64,000 bases of DNA from Candidatus Peregrinibacteria bacterium CG1_02_54_53 (GCA_001872575.1 MNWP01000030.1:10780-74779); one strand, 5' to 3'. Counted from the stretch's first letter, positions 26,501 through 35,168 are shown. The notes: generated from the sequence alone by a model not told the origin. Program-made: numbers and translations.

Positions 26501-28460
26501 AGGGGAGCACATCGAAGAGGAATGCGCTGATACGTTCCTGAACCGCACTCCATGTTTCCATGCCCGGGAAGTGGTAGATGCTCTCGGGCGATCCGGTTTC
26601 GAGCTTGTGCGCACGCCGTGCTTTGACGAAGGTGAGATCCGAATAATCCACGGTCTTGCCTTCGTATTCTCCAAAACTGACTTCGCGCAGTCGCTCATCC
26701 TCAATGATAGGCGCGTCCGTCGTCTTGGCGATGATCGCTGCTGTTTCACGCGTACGCGCCAAGGGTGAACAGTAGATGGCGCTTATTTCTCCTTTCTTGA
26801 GAAAACTTGCAGCCTCCTTCGCCTGCGCGCCCCCGGTGTCTGTAAGTGAGGTGCCCGGCGGTGTGCCCTGATAGATGGGGATCAGGTTGCCCTCACTCTC
26901 GCCGTGACGCAGCACCGTCACCTTGGTGAACCGAATCTTCTGCTGTGCCATAAGCTCGTCGCGGCCGGTGATCACCGTCAGATCGCCTGTGTCCTTGTTG
27001 CGCCAGATGGGCAGAGGTGTTCCCCAGTAGCGGTTACGGCTGATCGCCCAGTCACGCGCCCCCTCCAGCCACTTGCCGAAACGGCCGTCACGCAGATGCG
27101 CGGGTACCCACTGAGTCTGTGCATTGGCTTTGAGCAGGTCGTCTTTGATCTTCGAAACATTCACGAACCATGAGCTTGTGGCGTAGTTGAGAAGTGGTGA
27201 ATCGCAGCGCCAGCAGTGCGGATAACTGTGGCGGTACGTCTCTTCGGCGAAGAGTTTACCGTGCTCCTTGAGCCACTTGGCCACCAGACGATCGGTCTTG
27301 CCCGGGTCATCAATCGGCTTCACTTCCATTCCGGCAAAGTCCTTCACTTCGGCGATAAATTTTCCCTCCATGGTGACGTGCTGCAGAATCGGCACCTTCT
27401 CCTTTAAGCCCACGCGGTAGTCGTCTTCGCCGAAACCCGGAGCAATGTGCACGATGCCCGTGCCCTCATTCAAAGCAACAAAATTACCCACTACAACTCG
27501 GAAGGCTTTTTTATATTCCTTTTGATTTTCGAAATATGGAAATAGTGGCTTAAAATCTTTTCCGACTAATTCTTTTCCTTTGAAAGGTTCACCATCTTGC
27601 ATGAAAGTTCTTTCGTCTGTCGTGCTACCATCGACTGGCTCGAGAACTTTTCGAAGATATGAGAGTGAAGCAATATAAGTCGATTTATCCTCTCCTTTTT
27701 TCATGAAACGAACATATTCGGCTTTGTCATTTACGGCGAGAAAGAAGTTCCCCGGCAGCGTCCACGGTGTTGTCGTCCAGGCGAGGAGGAATGTGCCCGG
27801 TTCGTCTTTAAGTTCGAACTTCACTGTTACCGAGAGGTCGGTTACGTCTTTGTAACCCTGTGTCACTTCGAAATTCGAGAGGGGAGTCACGCACCTCGGA
27901 CAAATGTGCATGGGCTTATGCCCTTCATACACAAGCCCCTTCTTATGGAGCTCACTGAACACCCACCAGATCGATTCCATGTACTCCGGATCCATGGTGC
28001 GGTAATCCCAGTCCATATCGACCCAGCGACCCATTCGCTCCACGACGGTGCGCCATTCTTTGGTGTAGCGCTGCACCGATCCGCAGCAGAGTGCATTGAA
28101 CGCGCCGACGCCCATTTCCTCAATCTGCTGGTGACTGGTGATGTTGTGTTCCTTCTCGATCAGGTTCTCGACCGGCAGCCCGTGGCAGTCCCAGCCGAAT
28201 CGGCGCTCCACACACTTTCCGCGCATCGCCTGGTAGCGGGGGATGACATCCTTGATCGTGCCGGCGAGCAGATGCCCGTAGTGGGGCAGCCCTGTGGCGA
28301 ACGGAGGTCCGTCGTAGAACGAGAACAACGCATCCGCATCATCCTTCTCTCCCTTACGCTGCTTCACGCTGCGCTTGAAGACATCTTCTTCCTGCCAGTA
28401 GCGCAAGATGCCCTCCTCGAGTTCCGGCAGCCTCTGCTTTGGATCAACAGGATCAAACAT
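23538..28460 (-). CDS. ileS: Isoleucyl-tRNA synthetase (type 2) with three inserted histidine-phosphatase (PGAM-like) domains
   Basis: IleRS motifs are present: 'GLPHYGHLLAG', 'WTTTPWTLPGN', 'WAISRNRYWGTPLPIW', 'DCWFESGSMPY' and 'KMSKRLKNYP'. Three RHG...H phosphatase modules sit between ISRNRYWG and DCWFESGS, at roughly nt 26352-26933, 25764-26273 and 25155-25709. I trimmed the start to the ATG at 28460 (MFDPVDPKQRLPELE...). Confidence 0.9.
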   Translation of the reverse strand: MFDPVDPKQRLPELEEGILRYWQEEDVFKRSVKQRKGEKDDADALFSFYDGPPFATGLPHYGHLLAGTIKDVIPRYQAMRGKCVERRFGWDCHGLPVENLIEKEHNITSHQQIEEMGVGAFNALCCGSVQRYTKEWRTVVERMGRWVDMDWDYRTMDPEYMESIWWVFSELHKKGLVYEGHKPMHICPRCVTPLSNFEVTQGYKDVTDLSVTVKFELKDEPGTFLLAWTTTPWTLPGNFFLAVNDKAEYVRFMKKGEDKSTYIASLSYLRKVLEPVDGSTTDERTFMQDGEPFKGKELVGKDFKPLFPYFENQKEYKKAFRVVVGNFVALNEGTGIVHIAPGFGEDDYRVGLKEKVPILQHVTMEGKFIAEVKDFAGMEVKPIDDPGKTDRLVAKWLKEHGKLFAEETYRHSYPHCWRCDSPLLNYATSSWFVNVSKIKDDLLKANAQTQWVPAHLRDGRFGKWLEGARDWAISRNRYWGTPLPIWRNKDTGDLTVITGRDELMAQQKIRFTKVTVLRHGESEGNLIPIYQGTPPGTSLTDTGGAQAKEAASFLKKGEISAIYCSPLARTRETAAIIAKTTDAPIIEDERLREVSFGEYEGKTVDYSDLTFVKARRAHKLETGSPESIYHFPGMETWSAVQERISAFLFDVLPLHRGNHIVIVTHADPVQNIRHFFNKEDPLKLSHQPYPRYAEPVSFFWDHRTQGQLDLHKHIVDDVTWGASPSKEKSVHLTFVRHGETDWNKERKLQGGNGDIPLNETGRKQAHDLAKKLKRKKFDAIVSSDLSRTVETAQILSQELGIPHSASLEILRERNQGDWSGRSTDEIRREFSMPQGVSISFHPGNPPNGETRAAFLVRTERALGELLGMFVGKHILLVGHGGVLRAMQSIVEHAPPEETRSLSSNAEAYEIAYRSSPDVLLTVVRHGQTDYNKQHLVNGGNIDTLLNETGRAQVQDLAKKLKKRKFDVIISSDLKRAVETAEILSKELKIPHVAQLKELRERDTGDWTGKHGEDYVMKLPRGNMVSPGLSPHTPPGGESFETFLQRITQALQRIRTEFPGKHVLVACHGGPMKCIQALVDNLTLEEAATIEPKNAEAIELTLSAPMQRIPEVLDCWFESGSMPYAQSHFPFAFPHNKKRFPVGFPADFIAEGMDQTRGWFYTLMILSSALFKKPAFMNCIVNGIVLAEDGKKMSKRLKNYPEPTEVVNRHGADAVRFTLMSSPAVKGEDLRFSEKLVEETVRSVLLPLWNVYSFFTTYANAAKFEPVTSRRHSGHPLDQYIRAEVQDLVNRMTLQLGRYDLSAACSEMHDTIDALTNWYVRLSRRRFAGKGGIDEEDLSPSAELEEHEGERLDALATLYDVLLTLCQTLAPFCPFITDAIYVNLVPEEHGSVHLTDWPDVRALTKQEHSLIDRHRLLRLLVSLGHGIRAGKKIKVRQPLQKAVVALPPALAKIALTAEDRQLLASELNVKDLEFTDDPGALATRIAQVDARKVGPRLGARVQEIIKAGKSGDFTVREDGAILILDEVLAPDEVAITYRGAEGADMAADHGVIVSMDTTVTDTLKREGLVRDLIRIVQKLRKEAGLHFTDRIALQIDGLPDVLKEHGKIIAQETNAILQKNDGPLQQMEVDGVQVTVRLTKL

Positions 28461-28556
28461 GGTACACGGGTCTTGCCCTGAGTCCCGCGTATGCGGGACG
28501 AAGGGTCGAACATGTGCAGAGACTAGCATATTCGTCATTCCCTGTGTTGCGTTCCG

Positions 28557-29879
28557 TCACGCAGATGGCTCCACATGAGTCAGAGGGCCTTCCAGGAATG
28601 GGAGAGCCGCCAATGTTCGCGCGTTTCTCTCGATACTGCTGATGCGCACACATTCATCTGCCGTATGTTCCCCTTCGCAGATGGGGGGCAGAATCACCGT
28701 CGGAATGCCCATGCCGTGAACGACGGCTCCTTCGTCGGCAGTCCCTTTGCCCGCCTTGATCATGGGCCGCACGCCCGTGGTTGAGGACATGCATTCGGCA
28801 ACCGTCTTCACCCATGTGTGATCGGGGTGCTCAAGGTAGGGCTTCAGGTGCGGCGTTCGTCTTCCGGATTCACCGCGAAATTCGAACACATTTGCACTGG
28901 TGATGCCGAACTCGCGTAACTTTCGATCAATTCCTTCGCGGATAATATCAATGATGTCGGCAGAGGAGAGTGCGGGATTGCCGTTGACCACATCGATATC
29001 GATCGTCGCTGCACCGGGTACGCTCATGTTTTGCTGAGTTACCTCGGTTCGTTTTTCGGGATTTCCCGGCCGCCAGTCGCGGGCAACAGCAGCGGTCTTC
29101 GGCATCAATGCGCGAAAGTGTTCTTCTTCTCGTTGGGGAAACGTAATGTCATGCAGCGCGAGTTTCACAGCCGCCTCACGGTATGCGACGAGCTCAGTGG
29201 GATGTGCTCCACAGGCTTTGCCGACGTGCATGCCTTTTCCCTTCACGATCAATCGCAGACCGATGCGGCCGGGACGTCCTATGCAAATCAGCGGTACATC
29301 GTCAATCTGCGTACCGACTTCTATATCCGTTGAGATGGCGGCGCGCGCTCCTGCCGCCAGATTGTTATGGCTGTCGAGAGCAGCGTAAATACCGTGTGAT
29401 TGGCCCTCCTCACCCCCCACCAGCAGGATGCGCACGGAGTGTCGCATCGCACTGCGGTGTTCTTTGATCTGCCATGCAGCGAGCAGCATACTCACGATAC
29501 CCGCAGCCATGTCGGCACTCTTGAGTCCGTGGGCGATATCCCGGTCATTGCGGTCGAGGATCAGTTGATACGGATCGCCTTGATATTCGGGAGGATAGTG
29601 CGTGGCGGGATCAATGGAATCGAAATGTCCAAATTCCAAGATCTCTCCCGGCTTGGCGATGTTCTCAGAATTAATGTCGATCGTTACGTTGAGCGGTGGA
29701 GGATCCAAATCGGCAAATGGCGCGTCATCCGGATACTCATGCACATTCACAACGCCCAAATTCCACCGCTTGGCCAGTTGCGCGATGTATTCGGCGATGG
29801 CTCGTTCGCCGTGAGGCGTGTGTGATTCCCGGGAAACCAGATCGCCGAGTAGTCCGCTGGCGAAGGGAAATTCTGGCAT
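28557..29879 (-). CDS. M20-family metallopeptidase/deacylase (ArgE/DapE-like)
   Basis: It carries 'EFGHFDSIDP' (metal His/Asp), 'GLKSADMAAGIVSML' and 'LLVGGEEGQSHG' (the catalytic EE pair). Confidence 0.65.
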   Translation of the reverse strand: MPEFPFASGLLGDLVSRESHTPHGERAIAEYIAQLAKRWNLGVVNVHEYPDDAPFADLDPPPLNVTIDINSENIAKPGEILEFGHFDSIDPATHYPPEYQGDPYQLILDRNDRDIAHGLKSADMAAGIVSMLLAAWQIKEHRSAMRHSVRILLVGGEEGQSHGIYAALDSHNNLAAGARAAISTDIEVGTQIDDVPLICIGRPGRIGLRLIVKGKGMHVGKACGAHPTELVAYREAAVKLALHDITFPQREEEHFRALMPKTAAVARDWRPGNPEKRTEVTQQNMSVPGAATIDIDVVNGNPALSSADIIDIIREGIDRKLREFGITSANVFEFRGESGRRTPHLKPYLEHPDHTWVKTVAECMSSTTGVRPMIKAGKGTADEGAVVHGMGIPTVILPPICEGEHTADECVRISSIERNARTLAALPFLEGPLTHVEPSA

Positions 29880-29903
29880 GAGGCTGAGAGAACGAAGTTC
29901 ACC

Positions 29904-30569
29904 ATGCTAGCACGTTGCACGGTCTTCACCAGGCGTTCTTCTGCCCATTTTTTGACACTTCTGTCCGCCAATCATTCTTTGCCTCTTGCCAATTTCAATG
30001 ACATTTTCATTGACGGACGGCGCAGAAAGACGAGAATGAGAGCGATGTCAGAAAACGGTCCCAGCAATGGCGTTCGCGATCCTGTCGTAGAGGTTGAGTC
30101 AAAGCGGGGCGAACGGGTAAAGCTCTCAGTGCTTGATGCTGACGACCACATTTTCGGTGGCGAAACGCCCAATCAGAGTAAAGGAGATTCTTCGTCCTGC
30201 CATAGCGATCAAACGCTGTTGGAGCATCACGGTAGCCCTGATGCGGAAAAAGAAACGACAGCAAAAGACGGAATATTTGGTCAGGTTTTCGTTTTCTTGC
30301 GTAGGAAGTTCGGTGCCTTACTGAAAGATGAGGATATCTTTGCAGCGGCGGCTGTCGTCGGTCATCGTTACTGCTCTCTTCATCCTGAAGTGCTGCAGTC
30401 GTCCCGGGTAGACATGGCTGATCTCCGCTCGTTTGTCGCGAATAATGTTCGCCAGATATCAGAGATATCCGATGAAACACAGTCGCCTCTTTCAGATCGT
30501 CAATCTGACGCGACGTCCCCGTCTCGGTGGAGAAACAGAATTTCTCACATTCCGAGAAAACCTCGATAG
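29904..30569 (+). CDS. Hypothetical protein
   Basis: This is a 221-aa ORF with alternative starts at Met45/Met48. I recognised no motif. Confidence 0.4.
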   Translation: MLARCTVFTRRSSAHFLTLLSANHSLPLANFNDIFIDGRRRKTRMRAMSENGPSNGVRDPVVEVESKRGERVKLSVLDADDHIFGGETPNQSKGDSSSCHSDQTLLEHHGSPDAEKETTAKDGIFGQVFVFLRRKFGALLKDEDIFAAAAVVGHRYCSLHPEVLQSSRVDMADLRSFVANNVRQISEISDETQSPLSDRQSDATSPSRWRNRISHIPRKPR

Positions 30570-30688
30570 TTCTCTCAATTTCGAGCTTAGTTCCGAACTT
30601 GAAAGCCTGGCTGTTTTATTGCACAGAAACAGTAGTTCCCCTATCATATCACACCCAATCCTCATATTGGGGTTGATGCGTTATATCG

Positions 30689-31771
30689 ATGAGCGATCAC
30701 CCCACAGACAACGGCTCCGATTCTTTGGGTCCTCTGGATCCGTATTTTGCGTCGCTGGCGAGAGAGTTCAGCACGAGAAAACAAAGGCAAGGCAAATGGT
30801 CGGGGAAGGCATTGTGGCAAGACACGAAGATCGTACGCTTGCTCCCCGGAGACGTGGAAGGCGAGAGTGGCATCGAAGGGGTCTATCAGCGGTCTCTCTT
30901 GCCATCCGAGATGATCACGGCGATTAAAGAAGGGCATCTTCGCGAGTATCAACAGAACCTCAAGGCAAAGGAGGCGCAGCGCGGCGGCATGTTGAACGAT
31001 TTCAACACGCGACCACTGCGTCGACAAAATCCAGGAGAGACAGTTCCATCCATCTGCGAACAAATCAAAAGCGATCTCGAAGCCACACTTCAGATGCAAT
31101 CAGGAGGACCTGCCGAAGAGGGAAATAGAGTCAGATCCATCTATGAAGGCCGGGCATTGATTTCGCGCGAAGGCCCACGAAAGATCCTGGCATGGGGAAC
31201 ATGGAGCAGGTCACAGATCACCGACATCGGTAAACGCACTCCCCAACGTGATCAGCATGTGGCACAATTGTATGCCGTGCTCAAGAGTCTCACCTTTGAC
31301 AGAGGTGTGAGCAGATCTAAGCTGGAAGAGGCGGCAGGCAGCACCATTCTCTTCGACACACTCAATGCCGATCCGGATGCGCCGGGGGCGGCATCGCTCC
31401 TCTTTTGTCATCTTTGCACTCAGTGGCTTCGGGACGAGTACGCACGAATTCTTCTTTGGCGTCACAAGGTATTGCAAATGGTTGACCTGGTTGAGGACGG
31501 TCGCAAAAAGACCTGTACGGTGGACGATGCGGCAGTACCTCAGGGGAATAATGATGCCAGTTATGACTTTTTTCGAAGGCGTGGTTTCAGCGACATCGGA
31601 ACTCGTTACAGTTGTCTGCTTGCCCCTCGTGATTACGTTCAGAATGGAAAATCGTATCCGGGATATGTACTCTCAACTGAGGGATGGATGGCGGCCAATC
31701 TTCATGAAGCTGCATCGCTGAGTTCCGGAATCGATGAACAAACACGCTCGCCGTACGAGGAACAAGCGTGA
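30689..31771 (+). CDS. Hypothetical protein
   Basis: This is a 360-aa ORF. I recognised no motif. Confidence 0.5.
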   Translation: MSDHPTDNGSDSLGPLDPYFASLAREFSTRKQRQGKWSGKALWQDTKIVRLLPGDVEGESGIEGVYQRSLLPSEMITAIKEGHLREYQQNLKAKEAQRGGMLNDFNTRPLRRQNPGETVPSICEQIKSDLEATLQMQSGGPAEEGNRVRSIYEGRALISREGPRKILAWGTWSRSQITDIGKRTPQRDQHVAQLYAVLKSLTFDRGVSRSKLEEAAGSTILFDTLNADPDAPGAASLLFCHLCTQWLRDEYARILLWRHKVLQMVDLVEDGRKKTCTVDDAAVPQGNNDASYDFFRRRGFSDIGTRYSCLLAPRDYVQNGKSYPGYVLSTEGWMAANLHEAASLSSGIDEQTRSPYEEQA

Positions 31772-31791
31772 AACCCCGAGTGAATGGGATT

Positions 31792-34563
31792 TCAGTGTCG
31801 ACGCCGGTTTATTGTGTTGATGATCAGCGGCAGCGCCGCGCCTGCCGCCACAATGGCACCGGCGAGAAATGTGGCTTGGGTGATTTGATTCATTAATACG
31901 GCTTGCCCGACGATCGTCGTGAATATCAGCAGAAAAGAGAATCGCATCACGAAATCAATTTCTCGATGCGAAAGAAGATAGTAATAAATATAGTAGGGAA
32001 GACCGGCGAAGAACACGCTGAAGAGAATCATGCGCGCCATAACGGGAGCGCCATACTGCAGAAGATGCGCCGAAGGCAGAAGAGGCAGAGCTAAAAGTGC
32101 GCAGAAAAACGAGAGGATGAAAAAATACTGAGCAACGCGCACGTCCACTTGCTCCAGTCTCTTGTAGCGCTCACTGGCGACAGAGAACACGGTAAATGCC
32201 GCAATGGCGATAAAGGTGAAGAGCATGCTTCTGAACGTCCAAGAGGGCGTCGAAATGATCAGCAGAACGATGCCGACAACAAAGCAGGTCCATGCAGCGA
32301 GCATGGTCTTCCAGCGTTTGCGGTTGACGATGGTCGTAAGCAGAAAGCCCGAAACTGTCATGGGAATGGTGTAGTGGGAGGGGAGCGTTTGCTCCAGCGA
32401 AAGATACGTAAACAGCGCCACCAGAAAGAGTGCTCCGACCGAGAGCCAGAGTGTTTTGCTGCGCAGCGGGAGGGCAACAAAGCGCAATGGGGAATGCAGT
32501 CGAATCCAGAGCAACATGACTGCGCTTAAGCCGAGCAGTGAAAAGAAGCGAACGATCGTGAGGTCCAGTGCCGAGATTTGATGTGTTTTGAGAAGCAGAT
32601 GGGCGATGATCGGGTCGAAGCCCCAAAGAGTGAAGATGAGAATCACGGTCAATACCTGTCTGAGCATCGAATGTGTCAGAAGAACACGCACATTGTTTGC
32701 TCCCACTGCTCGCAGTTCGGTCGCAATGGATTGCCGTTCTTCGGAGGTAAGATCGAGCCGCAAAACAATTTTTGTCTGCCGATGTCCGCTCAGCAGAATC
32801 TGCATGTCACCCAGAGAGACATCGTACTTTTCTTCCAAAAACAACATGTGACTGAGCAGCTCGTGTAATGAGGCGCTCGACAGAGTGAAGCGTACGGTGC
32901 AGTATTTCTTTTCGGGCGTGAGATTTTTTCCGGATTTCACCGGCTGAAAGATGGCAGCAATGGCAACCGATGCCTGCAAGTGACCGTCGGCAATCGCAAT
33001 GAACGCTTCATCGAGAGACGTGTATCCGAGTGAGTGAATGCCCTGCATCAAGCTCTCTTCGGTGAATTCCTTCAGATACCCACGCGCTTGTTTGATCATG
33101 GCGTCCTGAAGCACCCTTTTGCCGCTTTCAATTTTCTGCTGGCGCGAAGCGGATCCGAGCAGGGAACGAATGGCGGCGATAGCCACGCCCGTGTGCACCC
33201 ATTCGAGCCAATCACGTGTCACCGTATGGCGGCTGGCAAGCTCAAGCGAGAGGGCATCACCGTCGTTGAGCGGAGTGAAGAAGGGAGCGCCCTTTCCGTT
33301 GATTTTGATGAGCTTTGTTTTGAGCGCTTTCTCTTTGAAGAGATAGAAGGCGCCATCGAGTACCGTCGCTCCGGTAGGAAGCTGGATCGTCGTGTCATCC
33401 GGTCCGTAGATGAAGATCGACTTGCCGAGGATATCGTTCTGCAAGCTGTCCCAGAACTCCTGACTCTTGTCCGCGGTGTCTTTCGAGAGCGGTGCAATGC
33501 GCTCGGTCCAGGGCAGGTAGTTCATGATACCGATAGCCTTGTGATCGAAGCAGAGAGTCGATACGCCCTTTCTGGCGTACTTTTGCATTTCCTTTGTGCG
33601 GATTTTGCAGCGCACACGCGTCCCTTTTTCAAGAATGATCGTCGTATGTAATCCGCGATATCCGTTGATTGCCGGTGCGTTGATGAAATCCTTGAACGAG
33701 AGAATTTCGTGCTGCCATTTCTGATGCAGTATGCCCAACGTTTCGTAGCACTGAGAGATGTCCTTGCAGAGGAAGGCACATGTGATATCCGATCGCACAC
33801 TGTGCGTATCGGTATCAGAGGCGAGACGTGCGCGGAGGTGATCCCATGTTTTCTGTTCAACGCGTACGGTGACCTCTTCAGGCAATGGCTCAGGTTCGCC
33901 GTAAAGCGACTCACGGAGCGCATCTACAAGCTTGGCCGCCTGTCGTTCATTGGCATCGCGAAGTTGTGTAAGTTTTGTGAAAGTTCCAGGATCCAGCACG
34001 GCCAGGCACAACCCTTCAAGTTCATCGCTGAAGTCGTGCATGCTCATTCGTTCCGCAATCTTGACGTAGATATCCATCGTCTCCTGCGCGAATGATTGCT
34101 GCCGTTCCTTTGCGAGGTATTGCACCGTACGCATGTTGTGCAAGCGGTCGGCCAACTTGATCACCATGATGCGAATATCCTCTTGCATCAAAATCACCAT
34201 TTTTCTCAGAGATTCGATCTCTTCGTCGAGCGTGGGGTGCTCGCGCACGGATTGGTCGTCGAGTTTCGTCATCCCCTCGATCAGCGCTGCAACAGTCGGG
34301 CTGAAGCGTTTTTCGATGTAGGCGAGGGTGATGTCGGTATCTTCCAAAACATCGTGGAGCAGTGCGGCAACCAGAGAATCGGCCCCGGCCCCCATGTCGG
34401 CAAGAATGAGGGTAACGGCAATGGGATGGCTGGAATACGGCTCACCTGATTTGCGCTTTTGCCCTTCATGGGCGCTGATGCAGAGCTCGAACGCACGATG
34501 CACGCGCTCACGCTCGGCAGCAGAGAGATGCCGGAGGGAGGATTCAAATTCCTTCCACTGCAT
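31792..34563 (-). CDS. RelA/SpoT homologue (HD hydrolase + degenerate synthetase + TGS + ACT-like) fused to a C-terminal EamA/DMT-like multi-TM domain
   Basis: The HD domain has 'HPIAVTLILADMG...ALLHDVLEDT...LADRLHNMRT'. The RelA_SpoT core has 'CYETLGILHQKWQ...KDFINAPAINGYRGLHTTI...KIRTKEMQ'. The TGS domain has 'IFIYGPDDTTIQLPTGATVLD'. The last ~285 aa (nt ~31795-32660) form about 9-10 hydrophobic helices. Confidence 0.8.
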   Translation of the reverse strand: MQWKEFESSLRHLSAAERERVHRAFELCISAHEGQKRKSGEPYSSHPIAVTLILADMGAGADSLVAALLHDVLEDTDITLAYIEKRFSPTVAALIEGMTKLDDQSVREHPTLDEEIESLRKMVILMQEDIRIMVIKLADRLHNMRTVQYLAKERQQSFAQETMDIYVKIAERMSMHDFSDELEGLCLAVLDPGTFTKLTQLRDANERQAAKLVDALRESLYGEPEPLPEEVTVRVEQKTWDHLRARLASDTDTHSVRSDITCAFLCKDISQCYETLGILHQKWQHEILSFKDFINAPAINGYRGLHTTIILEKGTRVRCKIRTKEMQKYARKGVSTLCFDHKAIGIMNYLPWTERIAPLSKDTADKSQEFWDSLQNDILGKSIFIYGPDDTTIQLPTGATVLDGAFYLFKEKALKTKLIKINGKGAPFFTPLNDGDALSLELASRHTVTRDWLEWVHTGVAIAAIRSLLGSASRQQKIESGKRVLQDAMIKQARGYLKEFTEESLMQGIHSLGYTSLDEAFIAIADGHLQASVAIAAIFQPVKSGKNLTPEKKYCTVRFTLSSASLHELLSHMLFLEEKYDVSLGDMQILLSGHRQTKIVLRLDLTSEERQSIATELRAVGANNVRVLLTHSMLRQVLTVILIFTLWGFDPIIAHLLLKTHQISALDLTIVRFFSLLGLSAVMLLWIRLHSPLRFVALPLRSKTLWLSVGALFLVALFTYLSLEQTLPSHYTIPMTVSGFLLTTIVNRKRWKTMLAAWTCFVVGIVLLIISTPSWTFRSMLFTFIAIAAFTVFSVASERYKRLEQVDVRVAQYFFILSFFCALLALPLLPSAHLLQYGAPVMARMILFSVFFAGLPYYIYYYLLSHREIDFVMRFSFLLIFTTIVGQAVLMNQITQATFLAGAIVAAGAALPLIINTINRRRH

Positions 34564-34733
34564 AGATGAAGGTGCAGTTTACTCGTCTTTTTTGGCGATG
34601 TGGAGCTTATTTTCGGGTCTGGAAGGGCAATCGGTGTCATTCACGGCTTTACGTATTTTTCCACTTAATACTGCAGCCGATGGCATTCCCGCCTTCGCCC
34701 TTCGCTCGCTCGGGTCTTCGGCGGGCAAGTGCT

Positions 34734-35168
34734 TTACTTTTTCCACTTAATTGAGCACCCAATAGCATTTGCTTCCTCCGTGGGAGGATCGCGATTTTCC
34801 ACCAGCGCATCGATGGCATTCCAGAGATCACGCTGTTTCACCTGATCGGGATGTTCCCAATTGTCGTCCACGCGGCCTTTGTACTTCAACGTGCGGTCAC
34901 GACCGAAAACGAAACAGTGTGGTGTGCAGAGCGCCCCGAAAGCCCTGGCGACTTGCTGCGAGGCATCGTGACAGTAGGGGCAGGGGTATCCGCGCTCCTC
35001 GTAACGTTCCTTCATGGCGGCGAAGGAATCCTGCGGATAGTCGGTGGCATCATTGCTGTTAATCAGAATCACCTGCACGCCTTCCTGATCGAAATGTTCT
35101 GCAATTTCCAGAATTCGCTCTTCATAAGCCTGTGCGTACGGGCAGTGATTGCAGGTGAAGATCACCAC
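34734..35168 (-). CDS. Thioredoxin-fold protein (CNHCPY redox motif); apparent N-terminal frameshift
   Basis: 'VVIFTCNHCPYAQAYEERI' is present. A 27-codon ORF (35287-35204, MVLINDNSSVLNIGDPLPHFRLPAVVA*) encodes the expected N-terminal beta-strand region in another frame. Confidence 0.7.
   Translation of the reverse strand: MVIFTCNHCPYAQAYEERILEIAEHFDQEGVQVILINSNDATDYPQDSFAAMKERYEERGYPCPYCHDASQQVARAFGALCTPHCFVFGRDRTLKYKGRVDDNWEHPDQVKQRDLWNAIDALVENRDPPTEEANAIGCSIKWKK

Noticed and set aside
28461-28556. T-box leader upstream of ileS (and of alaS at 7942-8161)
   Set aside because: The region is too short for a T-box (~200+ nt). It has no specifier-loop/T-box sequence (AANNNGGGTGGTACCGCG-like). 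Only a REP-like hairpin, CCCGCGTATGCGGG, is present.
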